This document shows positions 42,001 through 51,497 of a stretch of 64,000 nt of DNA, piece after piece. A program made the translations under genes and the position numbers. Under the pieces are notes generated by a model that saw only the letters and a list, made by a program, of their open reading frames with translations, had not been told where the DNA came from and did no database searches. Within the stretch, counting starts at the first letter, position 1, and each line of letters opens with the position of its first letter. Source of the stretch: Terriglobia bacterium. Its GTDB lineage: Bacteria > Acidobacteriota > Terriglobia > Terriglobales > Acidobacteriaceae. The stretch spans positions 21,328 to 85,327 of the forward strand of contig CAWJBA010000014.1 in NCBI GenBank assembly GCA_963841075.1, given 5' to 3'.

Positions 42001-42872
42001 AACTCGCCCAGGGCGTGGGTCGCGGGATCGATGGCCACGCTGATGGGCTCGCCCGCGGACACGGCCCGGCTGGCCAGGTCGGCGGCAAACTGTAGTCCCC
42101 TGCGATCATGCCGGGCCCGCACCGAAGCCGCCAGCTGCGACGATTCTGCGGCGACCGCCCGCAGGCTGAACCCCGCTCCTTCCCGCAGCATCATGCAGAC
42201 CAGGCGCGTGCGCAACAGGACCCGAAGCCGGTCAGCGACTGCCTCGACCACCGCCGTGGACTGTGGCGCCGAGTGGATCGCTTGCGCGACCTCGGCCAGA
42301 ATCTTGGTCCGCCGGTGTTCTTCCCGCGAAACCTGAGTCAGCCGGCTCGCCTCCAGCAGACTACCCAGTTGTCCCGCCAGGATGGTCGCTTTGGCCGCCA
42401 GGTCCGGGTTGAAAAAGTCCGGATCCGAACAGTGCAAAAAGACCGCGGCCCCGATCGCTTCATGGCTCACCACCAAAGGCGCAGCCAGGATCGAACGGGC
42501 GTGATACTCGGTCGCCATGAGATAGCGGGCGGGATCGAGCCGATTCTCATACACCGTTTTCTGCTGCCGCATGGCTTCGGCTGCTATGGCAACCGAATTC
42601 TGACCCGATTTGACCCGGGTTCCGGGGAAGCGGTCGGCCATCACACCATCGGCTTCCGCTCCTAAAAGCTCGTCGGCAGAAACCCTCTGCCAGAAATAAG
42701 CTCCGTCTACCTGGAAGAACTCCCGAGTCGCCTGACAAAAGAGGCGGATCAGCGCCTGGGTCGGAGTGCCTTGAGCGGCAGCGTCAGAGAATTTGAGCAG
42801 GAGGCGTTGAAAGGCATCGTCCGAGCGCGGATTGCTGCGCTGGGCCGCCGCGTCCTCAGCCGAGATTGTCAA
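39021..42872 (-). CDS. multi-GAF / multi-PAS sensor histidine kinase
   Basis: 1283 aa. Several GAF- and PAS-like segments, then H-box HEVNNPLTAILGF, N-box LNILNNAYDAV and G-boxes DNGPGI / GTGLGLSI. The first codon is TTG, so the start is uncertain. Confidence 0.9.
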   Translation of the reverse strand: MTISAEDAAAQRSNPRSDDAFQRLLLKFSDAAAQGTPTQALIRLFCQATREFFQVDGAYFWQRVSADELLGAEADGVMADRFPGTRVKSGQNSVAIAAEAMRQQKTVYENRLDPARYLMATEYHARSILAAPLVVSHEAIGAAVFLHCSDPDFFNPDLAAKATILAGQLGSLLEASRLTQVSREEHRRTKILAEVAQAIHSAPQSTAVVEAVADRLRVLLRTRLVCMMLREGAGFSLRAVAAESSQLAASVRARHDRRGLQFAADLASRAVSAGEPISVAIDPATHALGELIPPGMLIAAPFRTSLTQGAVLIYPRPEGVFSAEEKSLISVVTGFAAVAIANAELYNTARARAYELHQLLDISAELSSIGQLDEFLQQFALRAADFLGFGRGFIGLVENSGFHVRWAAENGQKKDVDFQLPPGPASRALLNKEVFWSDDPDKVPGANLEILTRFDVKQLLTVPLLDTEGEVLGMFGVLDRIDGSGISQEDIRRARALAAQVAVALEVTRNLHQSEQHRRRAESLMGLALELNGHLRLPDFARSFVARAANILGARQAALVVQQENGMESLVIRDADGQEIQDRSLLRRFSYAIEETLARHKGIIVSASAIELLGTALAGELGASQATLVRLLGAGGDLVGVLCLGDRESGREEDNQVMHAIAGHAAVALENARLFTRMDQANRHWVEIFDAISDFIVAHDEAGNVLRVNRSLAEFIGLQPQTLIGVNMSALLAMGNAPPPRACPFCRSTSEGDDEYVHPVLERTYLVSTSRVHGASSEGMQTIHVMKDISDRLEVEQRYRELFDNIQEGLFFSTPDGRFIEVNDALVRMLGYASREDLLQVDVRSQIYFSAEGHQEFARKMEEHGVVRNHEETLRRRDGSVVYVLINAFAVRDARGRVMQFRGLMLDISGLKTFQAELQRERDFSGKILNNTQSLILVADTAGLISYANRRWQDMGYQQKQLLGRPLEELVAPARRTMLTEALSATLAGRQVDNLDLQILRGDGRIGHFSVNLSPMRDEQSHVSSLVVVMTDVTDAASLQSKLMHAEKMAAVGQLVSGVAHEVNNPLTAILGFADLLMENPELPESARKDMRVILQEAQRTKQIVQNLLSFARQMPPQKKALQLNPILRRTVQLRSYDFQSHGVEVIEHLDQQLPSVIGDSHQLQQVFLNILNNAYDAVGGTGRPARIEIATTHKGNSVEIMFRDNGPGISHPDRIFDPFFTTKEVGKGTGLGLSICYGIVHEHGGEILCHNNTGEPGATFVVRLPSTPETASVGAAAGVIQR

Positions 42873-43077
42873 AGCGTCTTCACCCGCTCGCTATCGATCA
42901 CAAGTAGTTGATATATAGCAAATTAGACCGCATTCTCAATTTGAGTCAAGCGAATTAGGGGGTGGGTGCCGAGTTGGTGACAATCCCGAATCGGGCAAGA
43001 CCATGCGTCTCACAGTGAGATAGAAGGCGCCTAATGAGACGATTATTGCCCTCGCTCCAGCTCACTCCGTCTGGCTG

Positions 43078-43091
43078 TTAATGATCATTAA
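43078..43091. promoter_or_regulatory. perfect 14 bp palindrome in an AT-rich divergent promoter region
   Basis: TTAATGATCATTAA followed by ATATTTTTAATTAAG. It lies between the kinase operon (minus) and the TonB_C/che genes (plus). Confidence 0.35.
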
Positions 43092-43208
43092 ATATTTTTA
43101 ATTAAGTGACTTACGAGGATGTCGTCGTGCTTCGAGATGACCGTGCCGGGGCTGGCATCGGCATTGCACTTGAACGTCTGGGAATTCTTCCCTTGCGCAA
43201 GGAGACCT

Positions 43209-43574
43209 GTGCCTTTGGCGGCCCTGCGACGGCGAGTAGTGAGCGTGGTTCTGGGACTCGGATTGGCCAAGGGTGCAGTGCTGTTCTGTGCCTTACCGGC
43301 CCAGGCCCAAGAGCAGGCCAAGACGGAGGAATTATCGCGCAAGGTTAAGGCCAGGGTTTCGCCCGTTTATCCCGAGGCTGCGCGGCGCTCGAACATTGTC
43401 GGCACAGTGCGGCTGGCGGTCGTGATCGCACCCAACGGCTCGGTGAAGAGTGCGAAGCCGCTCGGCGGGCACCCGCTTTTGGTCGACGCTGCCATGGACG
43501 CCATGAGGCAGTGGAAATTCGAAGCCGGCCCAAACGAGACCGGCGGAGTCGTGGAATTCAAGTTTAGGCCATGA
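43209..43574 (+). CDS. small TonB C-terminal-domain protein
   Basis: GTG start 4 nt after AAGGAG. Signal/TM segment, then VSPVYPEAARRSNIVGTVRLAVVI...AMDAMRQWKFEAGP. Confidence 0.7.
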   Translation: MPLAALRRRVVSVVLGLGLAKGAVLFCALPAQAQEQAKTEELSRKVKARVSPVYPEAARRSNIVGTVRLAVVIAPNGSVKSAKPLGGHPLLVDAAMDAMRQWKFEAGPNETGGVVEFKFRP

Positions 43575-43644
43575 GAGCTAGACACAACCCGGCGCCATCC
43601 GCGGCAGAAGCGCGGCAGCAGAGAGCGAAGAGCGGAGGAATAGC

Positions 43645-45630
43645 ATGACGATCGGCAAAAAACTTTATGTCAGCTTCGGAGCGGTGCTCGCCATGGTGGT
43701 GGTGCTGTTCGCCGTGAACCTGGCCGCGGTGTACCGCGAGCATAGCGCCAAGGCGGCCGCGTCCCAGGCCCTGCAACTCGCCGACGCCACCGACAAGATC
43801 AGATTTCAAATGATGCAGAACCGGCTGTATTTGACCAACTATCTGCTCAGCGGAGACAGCCGCGAATCGGATCACGTGAATGACGGCGTCCGTAATCTGG
43901 TGGACCGCATACAAGGCACGATAAATCTGGCCGCGTCCGAGCAACAACGCACCGCGCTGGGGAAGGTGCAGCAGACGGAGCAGAGCTGGGCGCGGGATTT
44001 CGCCGAGCCCCTGATGCAGAAGCGGAAAGAGGTAGACCAGGGAAACTCCACCGTGGCTGAACTGCAAATTTTCTACCTGCAGAAAGATGCCGCCTCATGG
44101 GTCAAGAGCTCCACCGAATATCTCGATCTGGCGGACCAGGAGAGCAAGCGCGTGCTCGAAGAGCGGCGTCAGAGTGACGATTCAGCCAGCAATTGGACCG
44201 TCGGAATCGCGCTCCTCGGTACCCTGGCGGCCCTGAGCCTGGGTGGCCTGATTGCATTCCGCACTGCCAAGTCCATTACCGAGCCGCTGGGCGACCTGAT
44301 CAAAGTCACCAGGCAGATCGGTACCGCCGGTGACCTGGACCACGATATCGACATCAAGCGGGAAGACGAAATAGGGGAACTCGGTCGAACCTTCAACAGC
44401 ATGGTGGGTTACCTGAGGGAGATGGCATCGGTTTCCGAGGCCATCGCCGGCGGCAATCTCTCGGTCGAGGTAAAGCCCCGCTCGAAGGATGACACGTTGG
44501 GCAACGCCTTCGTGCGCATGGTGGACGGCCTGCGGAACCTGGTGCGCAACGTGCGCGACGCTGCTTCGCAGGTGGCCAGCGCTTCCAGCCAGGTGGCCGG
44601 CGCCTCCGATGACTCGGCCAAAGTCAGCCTGCAGACCGCTTCGGCCATCGACGAAGTCACCAGCACCATGCACGAGATGAGCGTCAACGTGCAGAACATG
44701 GTGAAGAACACCCAGACCCAGGCTTCGAGCGTCAGCGAGACGTCGGCTTCCATTGATCAGATGGTGGCCTCCATACAGCGTGTGGCGGATACCGCCAAGG
44801 TCCTGCTCGACATTTCCAACCGGTCGCGGGAAGAAGTTCACAACGGTATCAACACGATGGAGAAAGCCACCGACGGACTGAACAAGATCAACATCACCAT
44901 CCGTTCTTCTGGCGAAATTATCGATGTGCTGGGGCAGCGGGCTGACGATATCGGCAAAATCATCGAGGTCATTGATGACCTGGCGGAACAGACCAACCTG
45001 CTGGCCCTGAACGCTGCCATCGAAGCGGCCCGCGCCGGCGAGCATGGCCTGGGATTCGCCGTGGTGGCTGACGAAGTCCGCAAGCTGGCGGAGAAGTCGG
45101 CGCAGTCGACGAAAGAAATTTCCGAACTCATACAGAGCATCCAGAAAGAAGCGCGCAAGGCGGTCGAGAACATGGAACGCAGCACCGGCATCGTCAACGA
45201 TGGTCTCGGTCTCGGACAAGAACTCAACGCCGCGCTGCGCAAGATCTCCAATGTCGTGACCGAGGTCTACAAGTTTGCCCAGGAGATCGGCGCTGCCACC
45301 AACGAGCAGTCGCACGGCTCGTCGCAGATCGCGCGCGCCACCACTCGCCTTAACGAAATTACGCACGAGATCAACTCCGCGGTCGAGGAGCAGGCTTCGG
45401 GCGCACAGGCGGTGGTCAAGGCCATGGAGCGCATGCGCGAACTGGTGCAGCAGACAACCTCTGGGTCCACCGAACTGGCAGCCTCGGCGGAGCAGATGTC
45501 GAAGATGTCCCGCGAGTTGCTGGATGCCATGCACCGCTTTGCTCTCGAACAAACCGAACGGGTTCCTTCGCGCCACGACGAACAAACGACGGCCCACGCG
45601 CGGCGCGCGGCGGCCGGCGCACGAGCCTGA
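43645..45630 (+). CDS. methyl-accepting chemotaxis protein
   Basis: 661 aa. N-terminal TM, second TM plus HAMP, and the highly conserved signalling hairpin EQTNLLALNAAIEAARAGEHGLGFAVVADEVRKLAEKS. Confidence 0.9.
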   Translation: MTIGKKLYVSFGAVLAMVVVLFAVNLAAVYREHSAKAAASQALQLADATDKIRFQMMQNRLYLTNYLLSGDSRESDHVNDGVRNLVDRIQGTINLAASEQQRTALGKVQQTEQSWARDFAEPLMQKRKEVDQGNSTVAELQIFYLQKDAASWVKSSTEYLDLADQESKRVLEERRQSDDSASNWTVGIALLGTLAALSLGGLIAFRTAKSITEPLGDLIKVTRQIGTAGDLDHDIDIKREDEIGELGRTFNSMVGYLREMASVSEAIAGGNLSVEVKPRSKDDTLGNAFVRMVDGLRNLVRNVRDAASQVASASSQVAGASDDSAKVSLQTASAIDEVTSTMHEMSVNVQNMVKNTQTQASSVSETSASIDQMVASIQRVADTAKVLLDISNRSREEVHNGINTMEKATDGLNKINITIRSSGEIIDVLGQRADDIGKIIEVIDDLAEQTNLLALNAAIEAARAGEHGLGFAVVADEVRKLAEKSAQSTKEISELIQSIQKEARKAVENMERSTGIVNDGLGLGQELNAALRKISNVVTEVYKFAQEIGAATNEQSHGSSQIARATTRLNEITHEINSAVEEQASGAQAVVKAMERMRELVQQTTSGSTELAASAEQMSKMSRELLDAMHRFALEQTERVPSRHDEQTTAHARRAAAGARA

Positions 45631-45645
45631 AGTCAGAGTGCAAGC

Positions 45646-46137
45646 ATGAACCCTGAATTGCACATCGTCGGATTCCAGGTGGGGCGCGAGACCTATGGCG
45701 TGCCCATCACCTCGCTGCACGAAATCGTGCGCGTGCCCGAAATCACCGCGGTGCCCGATGCTCCTGCCTATATGGAAGGCGTGATCAATCTTCGGGGCAA
45801 GATTGTTTCGGTCATCGACCTGCGCAAGCGCTTTGGCGAGCCCCAGACCGCACTGAACCGTCGCAACCGCATACTGGTGGTGGAGCATGGCGGGCGGCTC
45901 TCGGGGCTGATTGTCGACTCCGCATCGGAGGTCATCAAGATTCCGGTGGGCGAGATCGAACCTTCTCCCCCGACTTTGCAGGAAGGCGGGTTGAACTGCG
46001 TGACCGGGCTGGGCAAATATCGCGGACGGCTGATTGTGTTGCTGGACATGGCCAAACTGCTGGAGAGTGGCGCGGCCCAAAAAGAAACAACCGAACCAGG
46101 AAATGGCGAAGCGCGGAGCGCTGCGGCAGCGAAGTAG
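45646..46137 (+). CDS. cheW: chemotaxis coupling protein CheW
   Basis: 163 aa. GVINLRGKIVSVIDLRKRFG CheW-like pattern. Confidence 0.9.
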   Translation: MNPELHIVGFQVGRETYGVPITSLHEIVRVPEITAVPDAPAYMEGVINLRGKIVSVIDLRKRFGEPQTALNRRNRILVVEHGGRLSGLIVDSASEVIKIPVGEIEPSPPTLQEGGLNCVTGLGKYRGRLIVLLDMAKLLESGAAQKETTEPGNGEARSAAAAK

Positions 46138-46174
46138 TGGTCCGATAACAGGCAGCAACGACGAACCGGAACTC

Positions 46175-47080
46175 ATGGGCACATCCAGCATACCTGCGCA
46201 ATTTACCGAGGCTGAACTCAAGCTTCTGCAGGTGCTCGTCTATCAGGAGTGCGGCATGTACTTCGACGAGCGGCGCACCCATTTTCTTCAAGACCGTCTG
46301 CAACGGCGTTTGAAAGAATGCCACCTCGACTCTTTTTACAGCTACTACCGCTTGTTGATCAGCAAAGAAGGCAAGAACGAACTGGCCCGGCTGCTGGAAA
46401 ATCTTACGGTCAACGAGACCAGCTTCTTCCGCAATAAGGCCCAGCTGGATTTGTTCCACAAGCACATTCTTGACGACCTGATTCGCCGCAAGCAGGCCAA
46501 GCGGGACTACTCCTTGCGAATCTGGAGCGCTGGCTGTTCCACCGGCCAGGAACCTTACACCCTGGCCATGTTGATTGCGGACAGCCTGGCTTACTACTAC
46601 CTGCGCAATCCGCAGTCCGTGGCCCTGCCTTCGCCCAAGCCGCTCATTCCTCCACCCTGGAAGGTCGAGCTCATCGCCAGCGACATCAGCTACTCCGTCC
46701 TGCGGACCGCCCAGGAGGGTATTTATTCCGAAACTCAGATGGCGAGCGTGGATTACAGCTACCGGCTGCGCTACTTCGACAAAGTAGGCGAGCGCTATGC
46801 GGTCAAGAAGGCGCTGAAGGAAGTTGTCCACTTCGACTTCCACAATTTGAAAACGGAGTACCTGCCGCAACGCAACGACATAATTTTCTGCCGCAACGTC
46901 ATGATGTATTTCGACGAAGCCGAGCAGAAGCGCCTGCTGGAAAAATTCTCGCGTTGCCTCAATCTCCAGGGTTACCTGTTCGTGGGCCACGCCGAAAGCC
47001 TGCTGGCTCTTACCGACAAGTTCGCCATGGTGCATCGCAACAGCGGGACTGCCTATCAGAAGGTTGAGGTGACGGCGTGA
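46175..47080 (+). CDS. cheR: chemotaxis protein methyltransferase CheR
   Basis: Internal ATG 46175. RIWSAGCSTGQEPYTLAM SAM-binding region and IFCRNVMMYF. Confidence 0.9.
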   Translation: MGTSSIPAQFTEAELKLLQVLVYQECGMYFDERRTHFLQDRLQRRLKECHLDSFYSYYRLLISKEGKNELARLLENLTVNETSFFRNKAQLDLFHKHILDDLIRRKQAKRDYSLRIWSAGCSTGQEPYTLAMLIADSLAYYYLRNPQSVALPSPKPLIPPPWKVELIASDISYSVLRTAQEGIYSETQMASVDYSYRLRYFDKVGERYAVKKALKEVVHFDFHNLKTEYLPQRNDIIFCRNVMMYFDEAEQKRLLEKFSRCLNLQGYLFVGHAESLLALTDKFAMVHRNSGTAYQKVEVTA

Positions 47081-49215
47081 CCCAGTTTCCCGATGAGCGC
47101 GGCGCGGAAATGCGGGAACTCTTCTTCGAGACCGCGCAGGAGCTGCTGCAATCGCTGAATGAAGAGGCGTTGAAGCTGGAACGCAGCCCGGCCGATGCGG
47201 AGCTGGTGCGCAGCATCCGCCGCATCGTCCACACCATCAAGGGCGACGCCGCAGCCTGCGGCTTTCGCGAACTGAGCAATGCCGCCCACGAACTGGAAGA
47301 TGCTCTGGCCCTCGAATCCGCGTCATCTCATGGCAGTCTGGCGGAAGTCGCTTTTGCTGCCGCCGACGCTTTCGGCGCCATGCTGGCCGCCTATCGTCGA
47401 AAAGGGAAGTTACCGTCGTCCGCGCCCCTGGCCAAGATGATTCGTGAGCTGGCCAAGAAACCTGCAGGCAAAGGACCGAAGCGGGTACAGAAAAAGAAAG
47501 CGGCGAAAGCCGTCGTCCCCGCCGCCTGGACCGAATACGAGAAGCTGGCCATTCAGAATGCGGTCTCCGGAGGCAAGAACGCTTACCACATCACGGCCGC
47601 AATCGATCAGAAGTGTGCCATGCCGATCGCGGCCCGGCAGTTGGTCCTGAATGGGCTGGCGCCGTTGGCTGAAATTATGGGGACGCGCCCCGAGGCCGGT
47701 TCGCCCGCCAGCACGCAGCGCCTTGAATTGCTGGTGGCCAGTGAAAAATCGGCAGAGCAGTTGTCCACGCTTTGCCGCATTCCCACCGTGATTTCTAGTG
47801 TCGTGGTCGAACTGGTGAAAGCCGCGGAGCCCAAGGTAAAAGCCGCGGTGTCGCCGGCGCAATCGCAGAACGCACCTGCGCCGGAATCCGGCGAAGAACA
47901 CGCGGAAGGCGCCCGGCCGACCCATCCGCCCTTGCTCGCGGAAAACATCCTGCGGGTCGATGCCGAGCGCATCGATAGCGTGCTCAACCTGGTAGGGGAA
48001 CTCATCATCGGCAGGTCGATGCTGCAGCAGGCATTTACCGAATTCGCCCGCCACGTTCCCAAGGAGACCTTGCGCGGCCGCTTTACCGATGCCATGGCTT
48101 TCCAGTCTCGCGTGCTCAGTGAACTGCAGCACTCGGTCATGAAGATCCGCATGGTGCCGGTCGAGCAGTTGTTCCGGCGTTTTCCCCGTATGGTGCGCGA
48201 TGTGGCCAAACAGTGCGGCAAGGAAGTGAGCCTGGTGATGAGCGGGCAGGAAACGGACCTGGATAAGAGTCTTCTCGATGTCATCGCCGAACCCATGACT
48301 CACCTGGTTCGCAACGCCGTCAGTCATGGCATTGAGAGCGCGGAGCAGCGAGTCCGCAGCGGGAAGCAGGCGCGTGGAACCATCCGTCTCACTTCGTACC
48401 ACCACGGCAATCAGGTTATCGTTGAGATTACCGACGACGGCGCCGGCATCGATGTGCACAAAGTCAAAGCCAAGGCTCTGGAGAAGGGACTCCTCACCCC
48501 GGACGAGGCGGATCGGTTGGGGGAAACTGAAATTCTCGGGTTGGTCTTCCGGCCCGGCTTCAGCACCGCCGACGAGATCACTGAAGTCTCAGGCCGGGGC
48601 GTTGGTTTGGATGTGGTACAGACCGTGTTGCACCGCTTGAAGGGCTCGGTCGAGATCGAGACCCGCGTCGGCCAGAGTACAACCTTCCGCCTGAAGTTGC
48701 CTCTGACCCTCGCGATTATCAAAGCTCTGCTGTTCCGCGTGGAGCAGCGACTGTATGCCGTCCCGTTGAATGCAGTGGCGGAAATCGCGCGGGCCCGGGA
48801 ATCTGACGTGCACCAGGTGCAAAACTACGAAGTCCTGCAACTGCGCGACCGTGTGCTGCCGCTGGTCCGTCTGGGTTATGCTCCGGGCGGCGACGACGGG
48901 AAGTCCGCGTCGGAAAAAATATTCGTGCTCGTGATTTCAGTGGGAGAACGCAAACTCGGGCTGATCGTGGATCGCCTCGAAGGCGAGGAGGAACTGGTAA
49001 TCAAGGCGCTCGACGACCAGACGGTGGCGACCGACCTGATCAGCGGAGCCTCCATCCTGGGCGATGGCCGGGTGGTGCTCATCGTCAATCTTCCTGCGAT
49101 TGTGGAGCGTCATAGCAGGTATCGCCCGGACGCAGGAGACAGCGTGGTCTCGGGAATTTTGCTCTCCCACGCCGACCGCAAGAGTGCGCGCGCAGCGGCG
49201 GAGGCACGCCTATGA
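47077..49215 (+). CDS. cheA: chemotaxis histidine kinase CheA
   Basis: The GTG start overlaps the cheR stop. HPt HTIKGDAAACGF, HLVRNAVSHGIE, DDGAGID, GRGVGLDVV, and a C-terminal CheW-like domain. Confidence 0.9.
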   Translation: MTQFPDERGAEMRELFFETAQELLQSLNEEALKLERSPADAELVRSIRRIVHTIKGDAAACGFRELSNAAHELEDALALESASSHGSLAEVAFAAADAFGAMLAAYRRKGKLPSSAPLAKMIRELAKKPAGKGPKRVQKKKAAKAVVPAAWTEYEKLAIQNAVSGGKNAYHITAAIDQKCAMPIAARQLVLNGLAPLAEIMGTRPEAGSPASTQRLELLVASEKSAEQLSTLCRIPTVISSVVVELVKAAEPKVKAAVSPAQSQNAPAPESGEEHAEGARPTHPPLLAENILRVDAERIDSVLNLVGELIIGRSMLQQAFTEFARHVPKETLRGRFTDAMAFQSRVLSELQHSVMKIRMVPVEQLFRRFPRMVRDVAKQCGKEVSLVMSGQETDLDKSLLDVIAEPMTHLVRNAVSHGIESAEQRVRSGKQARGTIRLTSYHHGNQVIVEITDDGAGIDVHKVKAKALEKGLLTPDEADRLGETEILGLVFRPGFSTADEITEVSGRGVGLDVVQTVLHRLKGSVEIETRVGQSTTFRLKLPLTLAIIKALLFRVEQRLYAVPLNAVAEIARARESDVHQVQNYEVLQLRDRVLPLVRLGYAPGGDDGKSASEKIFVLVISVGERKLGLIVDRLEGEEELVIKALDDQTVATDLISGASILGDGRVVLIVNLPAIVERHSRYRPDAGDSVVSGILLSHADRKSARAAAEARL

Positions 49216-50321
49216 CCCCGGTACGCGTGCTGGTGGTAGACGATTCCGCGCTGATGCGGAAGTTGATTCCGCAAATTCTTCAGACCGACAGTTCGATCGA
49301 AGTCGTAGGCACCGCCATGGACGGAAATTTCGGCCTGCGGAAAATCGAAGAACTCAAACCGCAGGTGGTGACCCTCGATCTCGAGATGCCGGGGATGGGC
49401 GGCATCGACATGCTTAAGGAAATCATGCGCCGCCACCGCCTGCCCGTCATCGTGGTGAGCTCCCACAGCACGGAAGGGGCTTCCATTACGCTGCAGGCCT
49501 TGTCTCTGGGAGCATTTGATTTCGTCGCCAAGCCCAATGACGTTTCGGCCCGCATGCCGCAGATCGCGGCGGAATTGATCGGCAAAATCAAGGCAGCGGC
49601 GCAGAGCCGGGGCATCACCGTCAGGCCGGTGGGCGCCACCATGCGTGCGGGAAAGAAAGCTCCGCTCGATGCCAAAAAAACTCCCGCCAAGGTGATCGCC
49701 ATCGGCGTGTCCACCGGGGGGCCGCAGGCCTTGCAGTACGTCTTCTCGCAATTACCGGCTGATTTTCCCGGCAGCATTGTGGTGGTGCAACACATGCCGG
49801 AAGGCTTCACCGAAATGTTTGCCCGCCGCCTGGATGAAATCTGCTCGGTGACGGTCAAACAGGCGCAGTCGGGAGATGTGCTTCTAGCGGGACGTGTGCT
49901 CATCTGCCCGGGCAGCCGGCACCTGAAGGTAAAGCGCCTGCCGCTGGGGGATGTCGTGGTGCTGAGCGACGAGCCTCGAGTCAATGGTCACCGCCCTTCG
50001 GCCGATGTCTTGTTCAGGAGCCTGGCCGATGAATACGGATCGAAGGGCGTTGCCGTCCTGATGACCGGAATGGGAGACGACGGAGCCCAGGGGTTGGGGG
50101 CGGTCAAAGCCGTAGGAGGCATGACCATCGCGCAGAGCGAGGAATCCTGCGTGGTGTATGGCATGCCGAAGGCTGCGATCGATCGCGGATTCGCGGTCCG
50201 CGTGGTTGCCCTCGACGTTCTGGCCAACACGCTGCAGGCCCAATGCATGGCAGATCGCAGGAATGGGTTTGGGAATGAACCTGGCGGAGGCGGCAAGGCT
50301 GCCGTCGCGGGGCGTGAATAG
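49212..50321 (+). CDS. cheB: protein-glutamate methylesterase CheB
   Basis: ATGA overlap with cheA. REC domain plus methylesterase domain (IGVSTGGPQAL, GMGDDGAQG). Confidence 0.9.
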   Translation: MTPVRVLVVDDSALMRKLIPQILQTDSSIEVVGTAMDGNFGLRKIEELKPQVVTLDLEMPGMGGIDMLKEIMRRHRLPVIVVSSHSTEGASITLQALSLGAFDFVAKPNDVSARMPQIAAELIGKIKAAAQSRGITVRPVGATMRAGKKAPLDAKKTPAKVIAIGVSTGGPQALQYVFSQLPADFPGSIVVVQHMPEGFTEMFARRLDEICSVTVKQAQSGDVLLAGRVLICPGSRHLKVKRLPLGDVVVLSDEPRVNGHRPSADVLFRSLADEYGSKGVAVLMTGMGDDGAQGLGAVKAVGGMTIAQSEESCVVYGMPKAAIDRGFAVRVVALDVLANTLQAQCMADRRNGFGNEPGGGGKAAVAGRE

Positions 50322-50372
50322 CTTTGCAACGGATGGTTCGGTTCGATTTACGCAGATAAAGCAGGAGGATTT

Positions 50373-50813
50373 ATGGAGCAGTTTGCATCACTAAAACGCA
50401 GCAAGGATGGTCAACCGGTTCGCTACCTGGTGGTGGACGATTCCGTCTTCGCCCGCAAGAACCTGGCGCGCATCGTTGAAACCTTCGGCGGCCAGGTAGC
50501 CGGCGAAGCCGGCGACGGCCTGACCGCCATCACCGAATACGACCGCACCAATCCTGACATCGTGCTCATGGACATCACCATGCCGCAGATGGAAGGGATC
50601 GAGGCGGCCGAGAAGATCGTGGCCCAGCATCCCGAGGCCCGCATTGTCATGGTGTCTTCCGTGGGCTATCAGGAAAACATCGTGGCGGCACTGCAACGCG
50701 GAGCTCGGCACTTTGTGCAGAAGCCGGTCAAGCCGGAAGTTCTGTACGAAGTGATCAAGTACGTGCTGGGCGAGGATGGCGCGGTTGCCAATGCCGCGGG
50801 CGCGGGAGCCTGA
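50373..50813 (+). CDS. cheY: CheY-like response regulator
   Basis: 146 aa. AGGAGG SD. VVDDS...LMDITMPQMEG...QKPV. Confidence 0.85.
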   Translation: MEQFASLKRSKDGQPVRYLVVDDSVFARKNLARIVETFGGQVAGEAGDGLTAITEYDRTNPDIVLMDITMPQMEGIEAAEKIVAQHPEARIVMVSSVGYQENIVAALQRGARHFVQKPVKPEVLYEVIKYVLGEDGAVANAAGAGA

Positions 50814-50817
50814 TCTT

Positions 50818-51318
50818 ATGAAGATGGAGCTGATCCAGCCGTTCATCAACGCGGCGGACGCCGTTCTGGCCCAAAGCCTGCAGTCTCCGATGTCCATCGG
50901 GAACCTCAGCATGGAGCAGGAGGCTTACCGGCGCAAAGGAGTGGCCGCTCTGGTCGCGATCACCGGCGACATTGAAGGCCGGATTGTGTTCGATCTGGAT
51001 CCCGAGACCGCGTTGCGTGTCGCCAGCCACTTTGCCGGCACCGAGCTGCCCGAGTCTGATGATCTGATCCGGGAAACAGTTTGTGAGCTGGCCAATCAAG
51101 TCACGGGAAATGCAGTCACCACCCTGAATGATCAGGGCTTCCATTTCCGCGTGCATCCTCCGGTCCTGCACACCTCCGAACACGGTCCCACCAACACCGA
51201 AGACACCGAAGCCCTGGTTATTTGCTGCGAAACCGACCGCGGCAGCGTGTTCATGAACATCGCCCTGCGCTACAACGTGCAATCGCCAAATGTCCAGACG
51301 GCCGCCGCCGCGAAGTAG
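50818..51318 (+). CDS. cheX: CheX/CheC-type chemotaxis phosphatase
   Basis: Start at MKMELIQPFINA. GDIEGRIVFDL and ELANQVTGNA segments are typical of CheX. Confidence 0.7.
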   Translation: MKMELIQPFINAADAVLAQSLQSPMSIGNLSMEQEAYRRKGVAALVAITGDIEGRIVFDLDPETALRVASHFAGTELPESDDLIRETVCELANQVTGNAVTTLNDQGFHFRVHPPVLHTSEHGPTNTEDTEALVICCETDRGSVFMNIALRYNVQSPNVQTAAAAK

Positions 51319-51497
51319 GACACCGGACCACAGATCTCAAGTTCGTGAGACCGGTGCTTCCTCGATCTCCGCCTGGAGACCTCTCCGCGGTCAAGTAGAT
51401 CCTGTCTAGCTTCCGCCCATGTGGTCAAAAGTGTACAGATTTGATTTCTCTCAGGACACCATACTGAAGATCTAATCTTGTTCGCTCTGGATCTGTT

